Source: an uncultured Gemmatimonadales bacterium (GTDB lineage Bacteria > Gemmatimonadota > Gemmatimonadetes > Gemmatimonadales > Gemmatimonadaceae). From it: DNA of 64,000 bases. How positions within the stretch are numbered: position 1 is the first letter of the stretch; every line of letters begins with the position of its first letter. Below are positions 60,029 to 64,000 of this stretch, in pieces. The stretch covers positions 160,001 through 224,000 of the forward strand of contig CAWBZV010000012.1 in assembly GCA_963793305.1 (NCBI GenBank). Reading direction: 5' to 3'. The position numbers and the translations under genes were made by a program. The notes under the pieces were generated by a model that was not told where the DNA came from, did no database searches, and was given only the letters and a program-made list of their open reading frames with translations.

Positions 60029-60178
60029 ATGGCCGGGCCGGGATATTACGTAAGCGGCGAGCCCAATGCGCTCTACGTGATCGACGGCAAGATGGTCTTC
60101 AATGAGTCGCTGCCGCCGAAGCAAGACAGTAACCAGCCCATGTTCTTCATCAATGGGGTCCCGATCGAGAAGCCCTGA
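58043..60178 (+). CDS. LVIVD-repeat beta-propeller lipoprotein with C-terminal extension
   Basis: Near-identical to the upstream copy outside the central insert; extra ~50-aa tail. Confidence 0.9.
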   Translation: MTTLSSRFIAGALSVVAVTACARSVSTNATTGVSPSNAVSAPNPDPRVGLKAGRFDAAEATWNMRVLSETKPSQKFMEETNSDLAFSGPYAIQGSYAGYQIWDISSPKTVSLKSFFYCPQSQSDVSVYKNLLITSGEGTAGRLDCAAGGIKDTVSKERLLGIRIYDISDIANPKPIASVQTCRGSHTHTLVVDPNDHDNIYVYISGSAGLRSPTELAGCVSTSPTTDPNSALYRIEVIKIPLAHPEQAAVVSSGHIFDNLAKEPRHGQAPDDIKAIAEAKAKGQFTVYIDVIGEDFILPDRFSKHLLDSIVTARGGTGGATRADSDQLRRDLPEMARRMIGEEKPSPTGYSTSRQCHDITVYPAIGLAGGACEGYGMLLDIHDVKNPRRLDAVADSNFSYWHSATFNNDGTKLLFSDEWGGGGGPKCRATDPKNWGADAIYTIDNGKLHFQSYYKLPAPQTKYENCVAHNGSLIPIPGRDVMAQAWYQGGISVFDWTDATHPKEIAFFDRGPVDSTRMGNGGEWSAYWYNGVIVGSEISRGLDVLELTPNPLLTQNEIDAAKTVKWAELNVQGQPKMVWPPSFALARAYLDQLQRSGGLSADRLAAARSALATAEKASGAARRDALTGLAASLDNDASSSSDGNKVRKLQNAVRDLATATVAMAGPGYYVSGEPNALYVIDGKMVFNESLPPKQDSNQPMFFINGVPIEKP

Positions 60179-60186
60179 CGAACATT

Positions 60187-60223
60187 CGTGGTGCGGTACG
60201 GAGATTATTCGTGCCGCACCACG
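60187..60223. terminator. Hairpin between convergent genes
   Basis: CGTGGTGCGGTACG-N9-CGTGCCGCACCACG (14 bp, one G:T). Confidence 0.65.
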
Positions 60224-60226
60224 TCG

Positions 60227-60763
60227 TCACCAGATAGTGACCCGGTCCGCGGTGAACGACTCCACGACGATCCCGCCGCGACTGATGGTCCATTGGCGCG
60301 GATAGTGGTCGCGCCAGTGTGAATAGGCGGTCGTTGCGCCGTCCAGCTCGACCGCTAGGTGCGGCATGCAGGTGACCCGCACCATCCGGCCGCGCCACGT
60401 AAACCTCACGGTAGCTGGGTCATCGCTTGTCAGATCTGGCGCGTCGAGCGCGGCCAGCAGGACATTCTCCGGGGCTTCGGTGAACCAGTCGTCGCTGTCG
60501 TGCGGCGTATGCACGCTGCGATGCGACACGCCGGGTGCAACGATCACGGTCACATCCTGCACTAACCTGGGATGTCGATCATCCCGTGTCTCGGCAAATG
60601 CAAAGGTCGTGAGGTCGTCGCCCGTGGCGTATCCGGCGCCTTCGATCCGGACGCTGTCGATCGATCGCGCGCGCGCCTCGCCGCCCAACGAGTCCAGTGC
60701 AGCGTGTACGCGATCCCGAGGCGAGAGTTGAACGAACGCCAGTGCCAGACAGACGAAAATCAT
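60227..60763 (-). CDS. Hypothetical exported protein
   Basis: ATGA overlap with the ArsR-type gene; signal peptide; ALDSLGGEAR..SIDSVRIEG N-terminus. Confidence 0.55.
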   Translation of the reverse strand: MIFVCLALAFVQLSPRDRVHAALDSLGGEARARSIDSVRIEGAGYATGDDLTTFAFAETRDDRHPRLVQDVTVIVAPGVSHRSVHTPHDSDDWFTEAPENVLLAALDAPDLTSDDPATVRFTWRGRMVRVTCMPHLAVELDGATTAYSHWRDHYPRQWTISRGGIVVESFTADRVTIW

Positions 60764-61443
60764 CGCACCCGAAACCGGGTGCGCAGCGATCGCTCGCCGA
60801 CGACGGAGAATATCACGACCCGGCTGGCTTTCTGCGGCCGCGCCCAGCCGAGGGCGAAGAAGCGGCTGAGCATGGCCCCGCCGAGCGCGCCGGCGAGATG
60901 ATGGCGCCGCACGCTCCAGTCGAGACAGGGGAGACACATCGGCCGCCGGCGGCGCTCCATCGCGCCGAGATCGATGCCGATGGCGCCACAGAACCGCTCG
61001 CCTTCGGATGTGAGCGCCAGCCCATCGTCACTCGAGCGGAGCAACCCCTGCTGGGTGAGGCTGTCAAAGACGAGCACGCCGAGCTCACCCGCGAGGTGAT
61101 CGTAACACACGCGCGCTTTGCGCATCGCCGGATCATTCGGCCCGGAGTCGATGCGCACCGCACCCGTGCGCTCGGCCAAACCGGTCAGATGCTCGATGAC
61201 GGTGCCCACATCGTGATCGGCCAGGCGAAAGTAGCGGTGGCGGCCAATGTTCTCGACGGCAACGAGATGGGCGTCGACGAGCTTGGAGAGGTGCGAGCTG
61301 GCCGTCTGCTTCGTCACGCTCGCCGCGCGCGCGAGCTCGGTCGCCGTGTGCGACCGGCCGGCCATGAGGCACATGAGCATCGTCGCCCGCGCGCGATCTC
61401 CGATGAGCGAGGCGACGGCGGCAATATTCGGGCTGTCGGCCAT
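60760..61443 (-). CDS. Long-form ArsR-family winged-HTH regulator
   Basis: LIGDRARATML, QTASSHL.KL, GRHRYFRL, ARVCYDHLAG, CLDWS.RR.HLAG. Confidence 0.9.
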   Translation of the reverse strand: MADSPNIAAVASLIGDRARATMLMCLMAGRSHTATELARAASVTKQTASSHLSKLVDAHLVAVENIGRHRYFRLADHDVGTVIEHLTGLAERTGAVRIDSGPNDPAMRKARVCYDHLAGELGVLVFDSLTQQGLLRSSDDGLALTSEGERFCGAIGIDLGAMERRRRPMCLPCLDWSVRRHHLAGALGGAMLSRFFALGWARPQKASRVVIFSVVGERSLRTRFRVR

Positions 61444-61470
61444 GGTTCCAGCATAATCGAACCATGGCCG
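61437..61470. promoter_or_regulatory. Operator palindrome over the regulator start codon
   Basis: CGGCCATGGTTC-N10-GAACCATGGCCG, perfect 12-bp arms. Confidence 0.7.
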
Positions 61471-61553
61471 CCCGACAAGCGACTATATCTCCTGGCTATG
61501 CGGGCCGAATTCGGCGAGTCCCACGGCCGTCGCGCACGTATCATCGAGGCCCA

Positions 61554-62081
61554 ATGATCCGCGCGCTCATCCTGCCGGGCCTGTACGACTCTGGCCCGGA
61601 GCACTGGCAATCGCTGTGGGAGCACGACGATCCGACGTTCGCGCGCGTCGTGCAGCGCGACTGGGAGACGCCCATCCGACAAGAGTGGGTCGGCGTGCTC
61701 GAAACCGCGGTCGCCGCCGCGGGCGATGACATCGTGCTCATTGCGCACAGCGCGGGCTGCGCGCTCGTCGCATTTTGGGCCGCGGCGACCGCGCTCCGCG
61801 TGCGCGGCGCGCTCCTCGTCGCGCCGGCCGATACGGAAGCGCCGAGCTATCCGCTCGGGCCAACGGGATGGCGGCCCCTGCCCCTCGTCCCCCTGCCGTT
61901 TCCGAGCATCGTCGTCGCCTCGACCAACGATGAGTTCGCGACCCTGGATCGCGCCCGCCTCTTCGCGGATTCGTGGGGCAGCCGCTTTGTCGACCTCGGC
62001 GCGGCCGGGCATATCAACGCCGAGAGCGGCTTGGGCTGTTGGCCTCGCGGTCGCGAACTCTTAGCCGAGCTTCTCCCATGA
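61554..62081 (+). CDS. RBBP9/YdeN family alpha/beta hydrolase
   Basis: PGL..SGPEHWQ, AHSAGC, STND, GHIN..SG.G.W. Confidence 0.9.
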   Translation: MIRALILPGLYDSGPEHWQSLWEHDDPTFARVVQRDWETPIRQEWVGVLETAVAAAGDDIVLIAHSAGCALVAFWAAATALRVRGALLVAPADTEAPSYPLGPTGWRPLPLVPLPFPSIVVASTNDEFATLDRARLFADSWGSRFVDLGAAGHINAESGLGCWPRGRELLAELLP

Positions 62082-62896
62082 ACCGGATAGAAATCTTTCG
62101 CCGCCTGCACCAATCCGGCTGCTTCGTCATCCCCAACCCCTGGGACCCCGGCAGCGCGCGGCTCCTCGCCTCACTCGGCTTCCCCGCGCTCGCGACGACC
62201 AGCTCCGGCATCGCCTGGTCGCTCGGCCGCCAGGACAATCACGTGCCGCTCGACGACGCGATCGCGCACATTCGCGCCATCACGCACGCGGTCGACATCC
62301 CGGTCAACGCGGATTTCGAAGGGGGATTCGCGGCCGACCCTGAGGGCGTCGCGAAAAATGTGACGACCGCTCTCAAGACCGGCATCGCCGGCATCTCGAT
62401 CGAAGACTCGACCGGCGACAGCGCGCGGCCGCTCTTCGACTTCGCGCTCTCCGTCGAGCGCATGCGCGCGGCTCGTCTTGCCGTCAATGCGAGTGGCACC
62501 GGGGTGCTGCTCACCGGGCGCTCCGAGGGCTTCATCGTCGGCCGGCCCGATCTCGCCGAGACGGTGAAGCGGCTGACGGCATATGCCGAGGCGGGGGCCG
62601 ACTGCCTCTACGCGCCGGGCATTCGGACGAAGGCCGAAATCGTGGCGGTCGTTCAGGCAGTGGCGCCGAAGCCCGTGAACGTCCTCGTCGGCAGCGACGT
62701 CGCCACCGTCGCCGAGCTCGCGGCAATCGGTGTGCGTCGCATCAGCGTCGGCGGGGCGCTGGCTCGCGTGGCATGGGCCGGCTTTCTCGATGCGGCCAAG
62801 GAGATGGCCGAGAAAGGCACGTTCTCGCGGCTCTCCTTCGGCATCCCGTTCAATGAGATTGATAGCTCGTTTGCTCCGGCACGATCTGGTAGCTGA
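62078..62896 (+). CDS. Isocitrate lyase/PEP mutase family protein
   Basis: PNPWD.GSA, ATTSSG, NADFE.GF, IEDSTG, AGADCLYAPG, RRISVG. Confidence 0.9.
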   Translation: MNRIEIFRRLHQSGCFVIPNPWDPGSARLLASLGFPALATTSSGIAWSLGRQDNHVPLDDAIAHIRAITHAVDIPVNADFEGGFAADPEGVAKNVTTALKTGIAGISIEDSTGDSARPLFDFALSVERMRAARLAVNASGTGVLLTGRSEGFIVGRPDLAETVKRLTAYAEAGADCLYAPGIRTKAEIVAVVQAVAPKPVNVLVGSDVATVAELAAIGVRRISVGGALARVAWAGFLDAAKEMAEKGTFSRLSFGIPFNEIDSSFAPARSGS

Positions 62897-64000
62897 CGAA
62901 CGCCAGTGACTGGCTGTCCGGTGACCAGGAGTTCACGTTGATCGTGCCCTGGCCGCCGAAGAGTTTCGCCAGCTCGTCGATGGCTCTCGTGCCAAGGTTC
63001 ATGACGCGCAACCGGACGTCTTTATTCTCCGGGTGATCGCCCACGCCTCGTTCGTAGGAGAGAAACGCGAGCATCGTGCCGTCGGGCGAGAGGTGCGGGA
63101 ACCAGTTGTCAGATTCGTCGTTGGTCACCTGCTCTTGCCCCGACCCATCCGGCCTCATTCGCCAGATCTGCATCGATCCCGATCGATCCGAGTTGTAATA
63201 GATGTACTGGCCATCGGGTGAGAACTCGGGCCCATCGTCTTTCCCGGGATTGGTCGTCAGGCGCGTCTCGGCGCCGCCATTCACCGAGATGCTATAGATA
63301 TCGAAATTGCCGCTGCGCAAACCACAATACACCAGGGTCTGGCCATCGGGTGACCAGCCGTGAAAATACGACGGCCCGTTCTCGGTGACTCTGCGCGTTG
63401 CACCGGCTGCCTTGACGTAGATCTGCGATGGCTGATTGCTCGTCTGGTCGCTGAAGGCCCACGATTTCCCATCGCGCGTCACGCCGTGGTCATTGTTGAT
63501 GTTGTTCAGCGGATCGAGGTCGACGGATTCGGCACGCCCATCGCGCAGCTTGTACAGGCGGCCCTTGGTGTTGAAGTACAGCGTCCGGGTGTCATCGGGA
63601 AACCAATTTGGCGCTTCGATGCGCTGGGGCTGCACGACGACGTACGCCACGCGCCGATCTTTGGACGCGAGCGAGATGGTTTCGAGCGTGTTAATGAGCG
63701 TGGTCGCCGAGCCGGACGATGGCTTGCCGAGTGACACGTTCGAGAACCGCGCGGTCTCCAGGCGTCCGGTGTTGTGCGCCGTGACCGCCAGGCCGACGTA
63801 GTACTCGCCGGTCAGATGGACTTTCGTGGCGCCGCCCGCCGGGGCGCCGTCGACGTACATCGAGACATAGTCCCCGCGCTTCTCGATGCGCAGCCGGGTC
63901 GGCGCCAGAACGTTGGATTGAACCTCGTGAGTGACGTCGCCCTTGGCCTCGCGCCATTGGAGCGATGTCAGCCCGTCACCGTGCCGGGCAGCGTCGATGT
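62850..64000 (-). CDS. TolB-like PD40-repeat protein with N-terminal beta-sandwich (5' end beyond window)
   Basis: EAPNW, NNDHG, SYFHGWSPDG, DDGPEFSPDG, NWFPH.SPDG, GGQGTINVNSWSPD. Confidence 0.85.
   Translation of the reverse strand, partial: IDAARHGDGLTSLQWREAKGDVTHEVQSNVLAPTRLRIEKRGDYVSMYVDGAPAGGATKVHLTGEYYVGLAVTAHNTGRLETARFSNVSLGKPSSGSATTLINTLETISLASKDRRVAYVVVQPQRIEAPNWFPDDTRTLYFNTKGRLYKLRDGRAESVDLDPLNNINNDHGVTRDGKSWAFSDQTSNQPSQIYVKAAGATRRVTENGPSYFHGWSPDGQTLVYCGLRSGNFDIYSISVNGGAETRLTTNPGKDDGPEFSPDGQYIYYNSDRSGSMQIWRMRPDGSGQEQVTNDESDNWFPHLSPDGTMLAFLSYERGVGDHPENKDVRLRVMNLGTRAIDELAKLFGGQGTINVNSWSPDSQSLAFVSYQIVPEQTSYQSH

Noticed and set aside
1..64000. Mobile elements, prophage, tRNA/rRNA, CRISPR
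   Set aside because: No transposase, integrase, phage gene, structural RNA gene or spacer array recognisable by eye

Overview
GC-rich, gene-dense bacterial window of about 60 CDS. The lipoprotein, TonB, ADOP-permease and Ser/Thr-kinase repertoire suggests Gemmatimonadota, which is an inference from protein style only. I saw no rRNA, tRNA, CRISPR array or transposase. Nine otherwise intact genes are each broken by a single-base indel, most likely long-read or assembly error. Highlights: (1) a c-di-GMP-I (GEMM) riboswitch on the minus strand at ~38555-38660. It lies just upstream of the RBS of a clan-A (GH30-like) glycoside hydrolase lipoprotein and back-to-back with a membrane GGDEF-EAL gene. 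(2) A divergent, expanded cluster of 2 DUF305 (CopM-like) and 3 LVIVD beta-propeller lipoprotein genes, including a tandem duplication with a diverged cap insert. (3) A ZU5-like lipoprotein ending in an HFS motif, coupled to a TPR-HD-GYP phosphodiesterase behind a candidate sigma54 promoter. (4) An MCE/Mla-like operon whose ATPase has lost Walker A, led by a Rid-fold protein lacking the catalytic Arg. (5) A cbiA/cobB relic collapsed by several internal deletions.
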